DNA from: a virus
DNA length: 64,000 bases
Strand: one strand, 5' to 3'
IMG/VR virus record: IMGVR_UViG_3300030117_007605
Span: 21,286-85,285 of that record
Shown here: in pieces, positions 18,741 to 28,831 of the stretch
How the letters are laid out: each line of letters opens with the position of its first letter
Numbering within the stretch: the stretch's first letter is position 1
Notes under the pieces: generated by a model
What the model saw: the letters and a program-made list of their open reading frames with translations, nothing else
Database searches by the model: none
Told to the model about the DNA's origin: nothing
Program-made: the position numbers and the translations under genes

Positions 18741-19564
18741 AAAAGATATTAGTAATCGCTAAAAACAGCTTTTTAGCAAAACAAATAAATGATTTTTTTG
18801 CCAACAGTGAATATTCTTTATATTTCACAACAAGAAAGGATTTTGATGCCACATCGCCTTCGCAGGTGAGAAGTTATTTTATAAACAAATATTATGATGT
18901 GGTGATTAATTGTGCAATCAACGGAGGGATCCGAGGAAGAAAAGACACATTAACTGACTTTATTAATAACATCGCAATGTTTAATAATCTTTTAGACAAT
19001 AAAAGTCATTATGGGAAGTTAATAAACTTTGGCTCCGGTGCAGAGTTTGACAGAAGACATGGAATTGATGAGTGCAAAGAAGACGAAGTGTTCACAAAGA
19101 CCCCTGTTGATTACTATGGAATGTCAAAGAACATAATAACTAAAGAGATCTACAGCCAAAACGAAGTTTTCAACATTAGAATCTTTGGTTGTTTTGGACC
19201 TCATGAAAAGCAATCTAGATTTTTAAAATCAAATATTAATAATGTGTTGGCAAACAAAGATATTATAATTCACCAAAACAAATATATGGATTTTATTTCT
19301 GCTGACGATCTGTGTAGGATAATAAAATACTATATTGATAACGATGCAAAATTACTTCCAAAAGATATTAATGCTGTCTATGATACCAAATACACCTTAA
19401 AACAATTTGCAGAAATGTTAAAATTATATATGAACAGCGAAAGTTCCATTGTGGTGAACAAAGAAGGTTTGTCAAATTCATATACTGGTTGTGGCAAGAG
19501 ATTAAAACAAATGGGGATTCCCCTCAATGGACTTGAATTAGAAATAAAAAATATTTTAAAATAG
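18737..19564 (+). CDS. NAD-dependent sugar epimerase/reductase (extended SDR)
   Basis: VINCA, FGSGAE, YGMSK (YxxxK), RIFGCFG; degenerate Rossmann glycine motif. Confidence 0.82.
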   Translation: MKKILVIAKNSFLAKQINDFFANSEYSLYFTTRKDFDATSPSQVRSYFINKYYDVVINCAINGGIRGRKDTLTDFINNIAMFNNLLDNKSHYGKLINFGSGAEFDRRHGIDECKEDEVFTKTPVDYYGMSKNIITKEIYSQNEVFNIRIFGCFGPHEKQSRFLKSNINNVLANKDIIIHQNKYMDFISADDLCRIIKYYIDNDAKLLPKDINAVYDTKYTLKQFAEMLKLYMNSESSIVVNKEGLSNSYTGCGKRLKQMGIPLNGLELEIKNILK

Positions 19565-19573
19565 TGGGTGATA

Positions 19574-20914
19574 ATGCTTTTGGAAAAGAAAGAACAAATA
19601 TTAAAGCTTGTAAAAGAATACATTTCAGAAAAAAACGAGCAAAAAACTTGGACCGAGGGGGAAGATTGGGTAACTTATTCTGGTCCTCATTTAGATGAAA
19701 AAGAATTTGTCGATGCTGTAGATGTGTTGATTGATGGTTGGATGATTTTTGGAAAAAACAACCGTGAATTCGAAAAACGTTTTCCTAAACATTTGGGCAG
19801 AAGATTTGGTGTTTTAACAAACTCTGGTAGTTCCGCAAACCTATTGGCTATGTCATGCCTTAAATCAAAGAGCACATTTAATTTAAAGCCAGGAGCTAAA
19901 TTTATCACCCCGGTTGTTTGTTTCCCAACAACCATCAACCCAATAATTCAAAATGGGTTTAAACCAGTTTTTGTTGATGTAACGTTGCCAAATCTTAATT
20001 TAAATCTAGATCATGTTGAGAAAAAGTTGCAAGAAGACCCTGAAATTAAGGGCATTGTTTTTGCTCACGTCTTGGGCAACCCTCCCGACATGGATAGGTT
20101 AATGGGGTTGGTAGAAAAGTACAATTTAATTTTCATTGAAGACGCTTGTGATGCTCTAGGTTCTACCTACGACGGAAAAAAACTTGGATCTTATGGGCAC
20201 ATTTCAACTTGTTCTTTTTTTCCGGCACACCATATGACGACTGGAGAGGGGGGCTTTGTTGCCACCAATGATTACAAAATTAGAAAGTCACTATCAAGCT
20301 TTAGAGACTGGGGTCGAGCTTGCTATTGCAACGATGCCAAACCGGGTAACGTAACCGCAGGCACAGCATGTGGCAACAGATTTAAATCGTGGTTACCAAA
20401 ACTACCAGAAGCAATTTATGATCATAGATATGTCTTTGACGAAATTGGCTACAATATTAAGCCTCTCGATTTACAGGGAGCGATTGGGCTACAACAATTG
20501 AAAAAATTGCCTGAAATGGACGCCGCACGGAGAAAAAATTTCGATCGTTTGATTAAGATTTTTTCAAAATATGAAAAATACTTTTGGTTACCCAAAGCAA
20601 CAGAGAAAGCTGATCCTTGTTGGTTCGGTTTCTTATTAACGGTTAAAGATTCCGCTCCATTTTCAAAACAAAGATTTGTTCAACACATGGAAGACAACAA
20701 AATTCAAACCAGAAGCTATTTTACAGGAAACGCCTTGGCTCACCCAGCATATGAGGATTTTGCGAATGAATATAAAAACATAAGAACGGCATTCCCAGTC
20801 GCAACCTATGTAACAAGCAACACTTTGTTTTTAGGAACTTTTATAGGAATCACAGATGAGAAGATGGATTATATTGAAAAGGTAGTAGATTCTTTTTTTG
20901 CGGAGGCAGAATGA
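19574..20914 (+). CDS. rfbH: NDP-4-keto-6-deoxyglucose 3-dehydratase (E1, RfbH/DdhC family)
   Basis: NSGSSANL, EDACDALG, SFFPAHHMTTGEGG (His in place of the PLP Lys), RDWGRACYC...ACG Fe-S motif; start may be GTG 19568. Confidence 0.9.
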   Translation: MLLEKKEQILKLVKEYISEKNEQKTWTEGEDWVTYSGPHLDEKEFVDAVDVLIDGWMIFGKNNREFEKRFPKHLGRRFGVLTNSGSSANLLAMSCLKSKSTFNLKPGAKFITPVVCFPTTINPIIQNGFKPVFVDVTLPNLNLNLDHVEKKLQEDPEIKGIVFAHVLGNPPDMDRLMGLVEKYNLIFIEDACDALGSTYDGKKLGSYGHISTCSFFPAHHMTTGEGGFVATNDYKIRKSLSSFRDWGRACYCNDAKPGNVTAGTACGNRFKSWLPKLPEAIYDHRYVFDEIGYNIKPLDLQGAIGLQQLKKLPEMDAARRKNFDRLIKIFSKYEKYFWLPKATEKADPCWFGFLLTVKDSAPFSKQRFVQHMEDNKIQTRSYFTGNALAHPAYEDFANEYKNIRTAFPVATYVTSNTLFLGTFIGITDEKMDYIEKVVDSFFAEAE

Positions 20915-21870
20915 AGGTTGTATACATTACTGGCTGTTTAGGCTTTATAGGCTCCTATGTGACCCGCAGATGCCTTGAAAAAGGCTGGATGGTATATGGA
21001 GTCGATAAATGCACTTACGCAGCTAGTATCGAATCCTTGAAGGAGTTTGAGAAATATAAAAACTTCACTTTTGAAAAAATTGACATTAAGGATATGACTC
21101 ACCTATATGATTGCGATTATATTATTAACCTTGCTGCGGAGTCACATGTCGGTAATAGTATCGTCGATAGTAAGAAGTTTTTGGACAGCAATGTCGCTGG
21201 TACACAAAATTTATTGGAATTGGTTAGGCATAAGCAAGAAAATTGTAACGAGAGACCGATTTTCTTCCATTTTAGCACTGATGAAGTGTATGGAGATATT
21301 GAGTCCGGTGCTCATATAGAGGATGATCTTCTTAAACCAAGCAACCCTTATTCGGCTGCAAAAGCAGCAGCAGATATGCTAGTAAACGCCTGGGCAAGAA
21401 CTTATGGCGTCAATTATATAATACTGAGACCAACAAATAATTATGGGATTGGTCAATATCCTGAAAAGTTGATTCCTCTATCTGTTAAAAACTTAGTTAG
21501 AAATAAAAAAATTAGACTCCACGATGGTGGGAAGCCTGTAAGAACTTGGTTACATGCCGATGATACAGCTTTGGCAGTTATAAAAATTATTGAGTCCGGT
21601 AATATTAATAAAATATATAATGTTTCAGGCGGGTTCGAAAGAGACAATCTAACGATTGTTAATAAAATATTAGAAAGCTTTTTCAAAAATAAAGTTACAG
21701 AACAAACATACGTTGATCATATTGACTTCTCATACAATAGAGAAGGTCAGGATGTCCGGTATTCTTTAAATGACGATTCTTTAAGATCTATTGGCTGGTC
21801 CCCTCAAAGAAAATTCGATGAAGAAATAGAAAATATTGTAGAATATTATAAGAACAACTTCATTTGGTAG
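20911..21870 (+). CDS. rfbB: dTDP-glucose 4,6-dehydratase
   Basis: TGCLGFIG, LAAESHV, STDEVYG, PYSAAKA, NNYG, PEKLIP. Confidence 0.9.
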   Translation: MKVVYITGCLGFIGSYVTRRCLEKGWMVYGVDKCTYAASIESLKEFEKYKNFTFEKIDIKDMTHLYDCDYIINLAAESHVGNSIVDSKKFLDSNVAGTQNLLELVRHKQENCNERPIFFHFSTDEVYGDIESGAHIEDDLLKPSNPYSAAKAAADMLVNAWARTYGVNYIILRPTNNYGIGQYPEKLIPLSVKNLVRNKKIRLHDGGKPVRTWLHADDTALAVIKIIESGNINKIYNVSGGFERDNLTIVNKILESFFKNKVTEQTYVDHIDFSYNREGQDVRYSLNDDSLRSIGWSPQRKFDEEIENIVEYYKNNFIW

Positions 21871-21874
21871 GTAC

Positions 21875-22744
21875 ATGAGAAAACTAAAATTTGACGATGT
21901 GTTAGATGTACATAAAGATATTCCTTGCGTGGTTGCTTGCCATGGTCCTTCATTGGATGATCACAAAGAAAAAATAGAAAAATTACAAAAGCAAAAGAAA
22001 ATAATAAGATTATCAACAAATAATTGGTATGATTTCTTTTCACATCCTCCAAATTACTGGATTACATCAAATACAGAATTTACTATAGAGAACAAAATTG
22101 AAAAATTGAATCAGTACAAGGTGCCCGTTTTTTATGCATCAAGTTCCGATTTAACAAGTCAAAAATTTATCGATAAAAACCTACTATGTGATTACCTTCC
22201 CTACGATCAAAGACATTTTAAAGGTCTTAGTTGTGTGGAAATCGTTAAATTGTTCAAGGAACACTGTGAAACCAATAAGAACTTAAATTTTAAAGGTATT
22301 GGTAATAATTCCTCCATGTGGGCACACCCAAGGTATCTTGATGGTGCAGGATTTTCGGGGATACTTAGGCATGGGTGGACGGCTTACGGTAAATGTTGTC
22401 AAAAAATTGTTCATGGGACTCCAACTTTGCAAGAGTTTTTACAAAAAATAAGCGGCACTGAACAACATTGCAGCACTGCTGATACTGTAGCTATAGAATT
22501 GTTGTCTTTTGCGATTGTCATGGGATGTAACCCAATCTACATTGCTGGGATGGATCTTGATTATACAAAAGGATATAGTGGGGGTAAAAGAGCACCCTTA
22601 AACAATGATTGGCAACGGTTACAAAAAAATCTGATTAATGATCTAGAAATAATCAAGGACTCCGCTCAAAAGCGTGGAATAAAAATTATAAATTTAAACA
22701 ACGATAATTGGTATAAAACCTTTGAAAGTGGAGAACTACCATGA
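21875..22744 (+). CDS. Maf/DUF115-like putative nonulosonate transferase
   Basis: HGPSL near the N-terminus and MGCNPIYIAGMDL; adjacent to neuA/neuB. Confidence 0.6.
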   Translation: MRKLKFDDVLDVHKDIPCVVACHGPSLDDHKEKIEKLQKQKKIIRLSTNNWYDFFSHPPNYWITSNTEFTIENKIEKLNQYKVPVFYASSSDLTSQKFIDKNLLCDYLPYDQRHFKGLSCVEIVKLFKEHCETNKNLNFKGIGNNSSMWAHPRYLDGAGFSGILRHGWTAYGKCCQKIVHGTPTLQEFLQKISGTEQHCSTADTVAIELLSFAIVMGCNPIYIAGMDLDYTKGYSGGKRAPLNNDWQRLQKNLINDLEIIKDSAQKRGIKIINLNNDNWYKTFESGELP

Positions 22745-23412
22745 GTAAGGTATGGTATGTAATTCCAGCTAGAAGAAACTCAAAGGGATTAAAGTTCAAA
22801 AACAGAAAACTGCTGGAGTACACGCTAAGTACTATCCCTTCGGTTCTTAAAAAACAGGTTATAGTAACAACAGACGACGAAAAAATATTGGATGAGTGTT
22901 TGCAGCAAGATATTAGTTGTATAAACAGGAAGACTCATCTTGCAGCAGACACCACCGACATAAAATCTGTAATGAGGGATGTTGTAGAGACAAAATCAAT
23001 TTCTGAGGAAGACATTATTGTGATGCTTTATTTGACGTACCCTGAAAGAAGCTGGCGTCATATCCATGATACTTTAAATTTTTTTGTAAGAAACAACTCT
23101 AGTTCTTTGCTTTGTGCTAAAGAGGTTAAAAGTCATCCATATCTGTGTGTTTATGAAGAAAGTGGACAACAGATAGTTGAACACAATTTATATAGAAGAC
23201 AAGACTACCCAAAGTGCCTAGAGATCAGCCATTATGTCTGTATTTTTTTTGTGAGCGAGATTAAAAAATTAAACAAAAATATGTATAATGAGGATACGAC
23301 ATATTACAGAATAGACCAAGTAATAGACGTTGATCACAAAAAGGATTTTGACTCCTTTATAGAAAGAAAAAAACATGACAAAAATAATAGCAGAAATTGG
23401 GATCAACCATAA
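22741..23412 (+). CDS. neuA: Acylneuraminate/nonulosonate cytidylyltransferase
   Basis: IPARRNSKGLKFKN, VTTDD, RRQD, IDVD. Confidence 0.85.
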   Translation: MSKVWYVIPARRNSKGLKFKNRKLLEYTLSTIPSVLKKQVIVTTDDEKILDECLQQDISCINRKTHLAADTTDIKSVMRDVVETKSISEEDIIVMLYLTYPERSWRHIHDTLNFFVRNNSSSLLCAKEVKSHPYLCVYEESGQQIVEHNLYRRQDYPKCLEISHYVCIFFVSEIKKLNKNMYNEDTTYYRIDQVIDVDHKKDFDSFIERKKHDKNNSRNWDQP

Positions 23413-24190
23413 TGGTTCCATAGAAACCACTAAGAGACTAATTGATGTCGCAGCCGTTGCAGGTTGTGATTATGTTAAGTTCCAAAAAAGAACACCGGAC
23501 CTTTGTGTCCCAGAACATCAGAAAAACAAGATCCGTGAGACTCCTTGGGGGTCTATTCCTTACATAGAATACAAAAAGAAGATAGAATTCGAAAAAGAGG
23601 AATATGACGAGATTTCTGCATATTGCAAAGATAAAGACATCGAATGGTTTGCATCCGTCTGGGACCTGCCATCAGTTGATTTTATGGCACAGTATACAAC
23701 GATTGGCAAGATTCCATCTGCACTAATAAACGATAATGAATTATTGAGCTACGCTCGTAAAAATTTCAAAACATTGTTGATTTCAACGGGGATGTCAACT
23801 GAAGAAGAAGTGGTTGAGGCAGTTCGCGTTGGCAATCCTGATGTGATTTTTCATACAAATTCGTCATATCCATCTAACATTGATGAACTCAATTTAAACT
23901 ATATTAGTCATTTAAAAGAATTATACCCAGACAAACAAATTGGTTATAGTGGTCACGAATTCGGTTTGATTACAACATTCGCAACAATCCCAATGGGAGC
24001 AGAATGGATTGAAAGACACATTACGCTGGACAGAACAATGTGGGGCTCGGATCAAATGGCGTCCGTAGAACCTCATGGGCTTATTAAATTAGTTAAAGGT
24101 ATTCGCGATATAGAAAAGTCTTTGGGCTCCAAGGGACCACGAAGACTGCTTAAATCAGAACTTAAGAAAAGAGACTCATTAAGGAAGTGA
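23375..24190 (+). CDS. neuB: N-acetylneuraminate/nonulosonate synthase lacking the SAF domain
   Basis: IAEIGINHNG, VKFQKR, KIPSA, ISTGM, GYSGHE, IERHITLD, GSDQ. Confidence 0.92.
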   Translation: MTKIIAEIGINHNGSIETTKRLIDVAAVAGCDYVKFQKRTPDLCVPEHQKNKIRETPWGSIPYIEYKKKIEFEKEEYDEISAYCKDKDIEWFASVWDLPSVDFMAQYTTIGKIPSALINDNELLSYARKNFKTLLISTGMSTEEEVVEAVRVGNPDVIFHTNSSYPSNIDELNLNYISHLKELYPDKQIGYSGHEFGLITTFATIPMGAEWIERHITLDRTMWGSDQMASVEPHGLIKLVKGIRDIEKSLGSKGPRRLLKSELKKRDSLRK

Positions 24191-24191
24191 T

Positions 24192-24494
24192 ATGAAAATC
24201 TATGTTGATATTGATGAAACAATTTGTCAATCTCCAGAAAGCAGAGATTACAACGAAGCTGTCCCAATCATTAAAAATATTGCAAAAATTAATGAATTGT
24301 TTGATTCCGGTCATGAAATCGTTTATTGGACGGCTAGAGGGACAGGTTCAGGCATAGACTGGAGACTAGTTACTGAAAAACAATTCGAAGATTGGGGTGT
24401 CAAATACCACGATTTAAAGTTTGGCAAGCCCATATACGATCTTTTTATCGATGATAAAAATGTAAGCGCAAGGATGTTTTTTAAACATGAATAA
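24192..24494 (+). CDS. Minimal HAD phosphatase (capsule-biosynthesis type)
   Basis: VDIDETI, WTARG, GKP, FIDDK. Confidence 0.85.
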   Translation: MKIYVDIDETICQSPESRDYNEAVPIIKNIAKINELFDSGHEIVYWTARGTGSGIDWRLVTEKQFEDWGVKYHDLKFGKPIYDLFIDDKNVSARMFFKHE

Positions 24495-26505
24495 AAAGTA
24501 TAAAATAAGCTCTGCACAATTCAATTATCAATATGGCGATCAGATTCACTTTCCATATAGTATCGCATCAATACTTGCTTATGCACTAGAAGATGAAGAC
24601 ATAAAAAAAAGTTTTTCGCTTGAAAAAACTTTTGTATTCCGTGATAAGATCGATGAGTATGTTGAGAGATGCGCAGATAGTGATATTCTTTTATGTTCTT
24701 GCTATGTTTGGAACTGGAACATAACCACTTACTTGGCAAAAAGAGTCAAAGAAATCAATCCTAAGTGTTTAGTAATCTTTGGTGGTCCTCAAGTCCCTGG
24801 TTTAAAACGAACTACGTCACACGCAAGTTCCGATACGTTTTTTGAAGAACACGGTTACGTTGACATTGTAGTCCATGGTGAAGGAGAACTGACATTAAAA
24901 GACCTTCTACTTGAATTTATAGGCAATAAAAATTATAAAAACATAAAAGGCATCCAAACAAAAGACTTCACATCCCCTCCTCAAGAGAGGATAAAGGATC
25001 TTGAGATGCTTCCCTCCCCATACTTAACAGAGTTGGTCTGGCACCTATCTGAGCCGCAGGAAGGGGTAAAATACATTGCCTCTTGGGAAACAAATCGCGG
25101 GTGTCCATTCAAATGTACCTTTTGTGATTGGGGAAGCGCAACCAACGCTAGTGTTAGAAAAAATTCTGTAGATAGATTATATAAAGAAATAGAATGGTTT
25201 TCAGATAATAAAATACCATATGTGGATTGTTGTGACGCCAATTTTGGTATTTACAAAAATAGAGATCACGGCTTGGCGAAAAAGTTAAAAGAGGAGAAAC
25301 TTAGAACGGGCTATCCAGAAAAGATTAGACCGGCGTGGGTGAAAGCATCCTCTGAAAGAATTATACCAATCGCAAAAGAGCTACAGTCTGCTGATCTTTT
25401 ACGCGCTGTGACATTAGCGGTCCAATCTCTAGACACAAATGTATTAAAGATTATTGAAAGAAAAAATATTAAATTTGATAAATTTTCGGATTTAGCAAAA
25501 AAATTTAGAGACAACGATATAACCACATACACTGAATTTATCCTGGGGCTACCCGGTGAAACCGTAGAGTCGTTTAAAAACAACATGGAGGAAATTGCTT
25601 CTCTCTTCCCCAGACCAGCCGTTTACATCTATAATTGTGGTGTTTTCCCAAACGCCCCAATGAATGCTAATGAATATAAAGAAAAATATGATATAAAAAT
25701 GATTAAATCTCCAATTTTTTTGGCGCATTCTTCGATTCATGATCGTGGTATGGTTGAATATGAAGATATTGTAGTTGGTGCAAGCAGTTTTACAAAAGAG
25801 GACTTAATCCAAAAGTATCTTTATGGGTGGATGATACAAAGTTTTCATAGCCTAGGCATTTTTGAGTTTATATCTAAATTTTATAACAAAAAATACGGTC
25901 TGGAATATGTTAATTTTTACTCAAGCTTTTTAGATTATTGTAAGCAGGACGAAACAGGCTTGTTCAGTGAAGAATATAAAAAAATTACGGAATACATTGA
26001 AAATGGATACAATGGTGGAGGATGGAATCATCACGATCCCGACCTGGGAGATATATATTTCCCCTTTGAAGAGGCAACTTGGCTCCGTTTTACAAAAAAC
26101 AAGGAGACCCTGTTTAACGAAACCTCAAAGTTCTTAAACTTTGTAGAAAAGCAAAATGATTTTAACACTGAAAGCCAAATATTGACTGAGTTAATAAACT
26201 TTCAGTTGTTCATTCTAACAATGCAGGATGACGAAAGACAAGTAAAATCAGAAAAATTTAAATATGATTGGAAGAATTACTACTCCAATGAGGAAGAAAC
26301 CCAATTAAAAAATTATAATAAGAAATATTTTTATAAGAATCAAGTAATTGAAGAAGACAAAATTTTAAAAGGTTACAAAATCGTTTGGTACGGTAGAGGA
26401 TCTAAAAAATATAAAATAGACCCGGTTGATTTGTCTGAGAAGACTACTATGATAGATAAACAAGAAAAAATTGAGTTAATTTCTGTCGGCGCAGGAGGCG
26501 TTTAA
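24487..26505 (+). CDS. Cobalamin-binding radical SAM enzyme
   Basis: SCYVWN, FGGPQ, HGEGE, ETNRGCPFKCTFCDWG, DANFG, ILGLPGET. Confidence 0.9.
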   Translation: MNKKYKISSAQFNYQYGDQIHFPYSIASILAYALEDEDIKKSFSLEKTFVFRDKIDEYVERCADSDILLCSCYVWNWNITTYLAKRVKEINPKCLVIFGGPQVPGLKRTTSHASSDTFFEEHGYVDIVVHGEGELTLKDLLLEFIGNKNYKNIKGIQTKDFTSPPQERIKDLEMLPSPYLTELVWHLSEPQEGVKYIASWETNRGCPFKCTFCDWGSATNASVRKNSVDRLYKEIEWFSDNKIPYVDCCDANFGIYKNRDHGLAKKLKEEKLRTGYPEKIRPAWVKASSERIIPIAKELQSADLLRAVTLAVQSLDTNVLKIIERKNIKFDKFSDLAKKFRDNDITTYTEFILGLPGETVESFKNNMEEIASLFPRPAVYIYNCGVFPNAPMNANEYKEKYDIKMIKSPIFLAHSSIHDRGMVEYEDIVVGASSFTKEDLIQKYLYGWMIQSFHSLGIFEFISKFYNKKYGLEYVNFYSSFLDYCKQDETGLFSEEYKKITEYIENGYNGGGWNHHDPDLGDIYFPFEEATWLRFTKNKETLFNETSKFLNFVEKQNDFNTESQILTELINFQLFILTMQDDERQVKSEKFKYDWKNYYSNEEETQLKNYNKKYFYKNQVIEEDKILKGYKIVWYGRGSKKYKIDPVDLSEKTTMIDKQEKIELISVGAGGV

Positions 26506-27426
26506 GTGAAAATTTACATTAAGAAACAAAGAAACTATGGTGCATGGCACTGGATTTATAATGGTTATCAGGCAGCTTGGGAAAAAAAGGGTTATGAAGT
26601 TGTAAGATATGACAATTTAGACGAAATAGATACTTCGGAAGATTATGATCTAATGGTTTATGATATTGAGATCCATGACAACAATCATTTGCAAGTATTG
26701 AAATCTGCCAACCGTGCCTATATGTTTGTAAGCCCCAATCAATTTACCCTTCCATGGGGAGGACACCCAAATTGGTTAACCCCTCTTAGCGATGAAGTCA
26801 TTAAAAAAGTAAATTCAATGGACAATGTTCATCTTTGGGCGTTTATACATGCGGATAGGTATGCTGATAGTTATTTTTACAAGTGGAAGAAAATTAACAG
26901 AGTTTCAACAGCATTTGATGATTTGAATTATTTAAAAGAAGATTTATATGATGAGAAATACAACTACGATATTTGTTTCGTCGGAAGTTGGGCAAACAAT
27001 GGATTGAACGAGAAGAAGAAAATCATGATAGACCATTTTTTAAAATTTAAAAAAATGGATATTAGATGTGGAATTTTTGTACATCAAGGAATCAACAATC
27101 TATCAATTGAGACCGAAGCTAAGATATTATATAATACAAAAATACCAATTAATTTACATGATAATTATCAAAGAATCCTTGGGCTGGAGCACAATGAAAG
27201 AACTTATAAAAGTTTGGGGGTCAATGGATTTATTGTGAGTGACGAGACTAAAATAATGAAAGAAGATTTTGGTCACGTTCCAATGGCAAAAACATCCGAT
27301 GATATGGTCAAGCTAATTGAAAAATATCTCAATGAGGACTTGTCAGAAATAAAAGAACAGAACAGAAGTATGATTCTTGGGAACCACACCTACAAGAATA
27401 GGGTAGAACAGCTTTTAAAACTTTAA
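26506..27426 (+). CDS. Glycosyltransferase (CgeB/Glyco_trans_1_2-like)
   Basis: DICFVGS, KIPINLH, NERTYK, HTYKNRVEQL. Confidence 0.75.
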   Translation: MKIYIKKQRNYGAWHWIYNGYQAAWEKKGYEVVRYDNLDEIDTSEDYDLMVYDIEIHDNNHLQVLKSANRAYMFVSPNQFTLPWGGHPNWLTPLSDEVIKKVNSMDNVHLWAFIHADRYADSYFYKWKKINRVSTAFDDLNYLKEDLYDEKYNYDICFVGSWANNGLNEKKKIMIDHFLKFKKMDIRCGIFVHQGINNLSIETEAKILYNTKIPINLHDNYQRILGLEHNERTYKSLGVNGFIVSDETKIMKEDFGHVPMAKTSDDMVKLIEKYLNEDLSEIKEQNRSMILGNHTYKNRVEQLLKL

Positions 27427-27436
27427 TTGAAACACT

Positions 27437-28780
27437 ATGTATAAATTTAAATTAACACCGCAGAAGACGGTTAGGAAGGAAACAGAACATGTAAAAATAT
27501 GCACTGATATCCCTTCTCCACAAACTATAGAGATAATAAAAGAAGGCTTCAAAAATGAACCGACGTCAATGAACAATCAGCTTCCAATCGTTTGGGATCG
27601 TGCCATAGACTATCAAGTGTTTGACAAATCTGGTAATTGTTGGATTGACTTTACATCAACAATTTTTGTTGCAAACGTAGGACATTCAAATCCAGAAGTT
27701 TGTGAGGCGATTAAGAAAACAGTAGATAGCCAACTTCTAAATTCTTATTATTATCCAACAAAAATTAGACAAGAGTTCGTAAGAGAGTTACTTAAACAAT
27801 GTTCCCCAAATTTAAACAAGGCTTTTTTGTTGACAACTGGATCAGAATCGACAGAGGCAGCAATAAAAATTTCAAAAAAGTATGGTAGGAAGAAGGGCAA
27901 GAAATATATAATTTCATACAATCAGTCTTTCCATGGAAAAACTATGGGTGCCCAAATGTTAGGTGGAAAGCCGCTTTCAAAAGAGTGGATAGACTTTCAA
28001 CATCCCCATATTATAAATGTAAAATTCCCATACCCCTGGGAAAAAATTACTTTTGAAGACACCCTGGAAGAATTGAGAGAACTCAATATCCCGCTAGAGG
28101 AGATTTGTGCCTTTATTACTGAGTCATATCTAGGATGGTGCTCCTGCTTACTGCCAAAAAAGTATGTTCAGGATATGCGAGCATGGTGTGATCAAAATGA
28201 GGCACTTTTAGTATTTGATGAGGTCCAATCAGGGTTCGGAAGAACCGGCAAATTTTTTGCTTTTGAACATTACGACGTAGAGGCAGATATTATTTGTTGT
28301 GGAAAAGGAATATCATCTAGTTTACCCCTCTCTGCCGTTCTTACATCCGATAAAATTATTGAGCCAGAACAAAGTTATAATAGTACCCACGGGTCGAACC
28401 CGGTGTGCTGTGCTGCATCATTAGCATCTTTAAAATATATCATTAATAACAACCTTGTCGATGAAGCAGCTAGAAAAGGTCGAATAATTGAAAAAATGTT
28501 ATTGGCATGGAAACAGGAACGTCCAGACTTGATTGAGAGGATTGTATGTTCTGGGATGGCAGCAAGTATATTTATAACTTCTAAATCAAAAAATAATACA
28601 GTATTTTTGGACAAGGTTATAGAAGAAGCAATGCGGAGAGGTTTACTATGTATTCGATCTCCAATTGGAACAATAAAGTTGGGTCCTCCATTAACAATTC
28701 CAGATTCGGCTCTTGTCGAGGGTCTTGAAATACTGAAGAACTCCGTATATGAATGTGAAAAAAAAGAAGGAATACGATAG
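27437..28780 (+). CDS. Class III PLP-dependent aminotransferase
   Basis: NVGHSNP, TGSESTEAA, SFHGKT, FDEVQSGFGRTG, GKG, THGSNP. Confidence 0.92.
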   Translation: MYKFKLTPQKTVRKETEHVKICTDIPSPQTIEIIKEGFKNEPTSMNNQLPIVWDRAIDYQVFDKSGNCWIDFTSTIFVANVGHSNPEVCEAIKKTVDSQLLNSYYYPTKIRQEFVRELLKQCSPNLNKAFLLTTGSESTEAAIKISKKYGRKKGKKYIISYNQSFHGKTMGAQMLGGKPLSKEWIDFQHPHIINVKFPYPWEKITFEDTLEELRELNIPLEEICAFITESYLGWCSCLLPKKYVQDMRAWCDQNEALLVFDEVQSGFGRTGKFFAFEHYDVEADIICCGKGISSSLPLSAVLTSDKIIEPEQSYNSTHGSNPVCCAASLASLKYIINNNLVDEAARKGRIIEKMLLAWKQERPDLIERIVCSGMAASIFITSKSKNNTVFLDKVIEEAMRRGLLCIRSPIGTIKLGPPLTIPDSALVEGLEILKNSVYECEKKEGIR

Positions 28781-28819
28781 GCTGTTAGGCTTAAGAAACA
28801 ATCGGAAGTGTGTTAATAT

Positions 28820-28825
28820 TATAAT
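28820..28825 (+). promoter_or_regulatory. Candidate -10 box in front of rmlC (leaderless)
   Basis: Perfect TATAAT in a 51-bp intergenic gap, 6 nt before ATG 28832; no clear -35. Confidence 0.4.
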
Positions 28826-28831
28826 CAAGGG

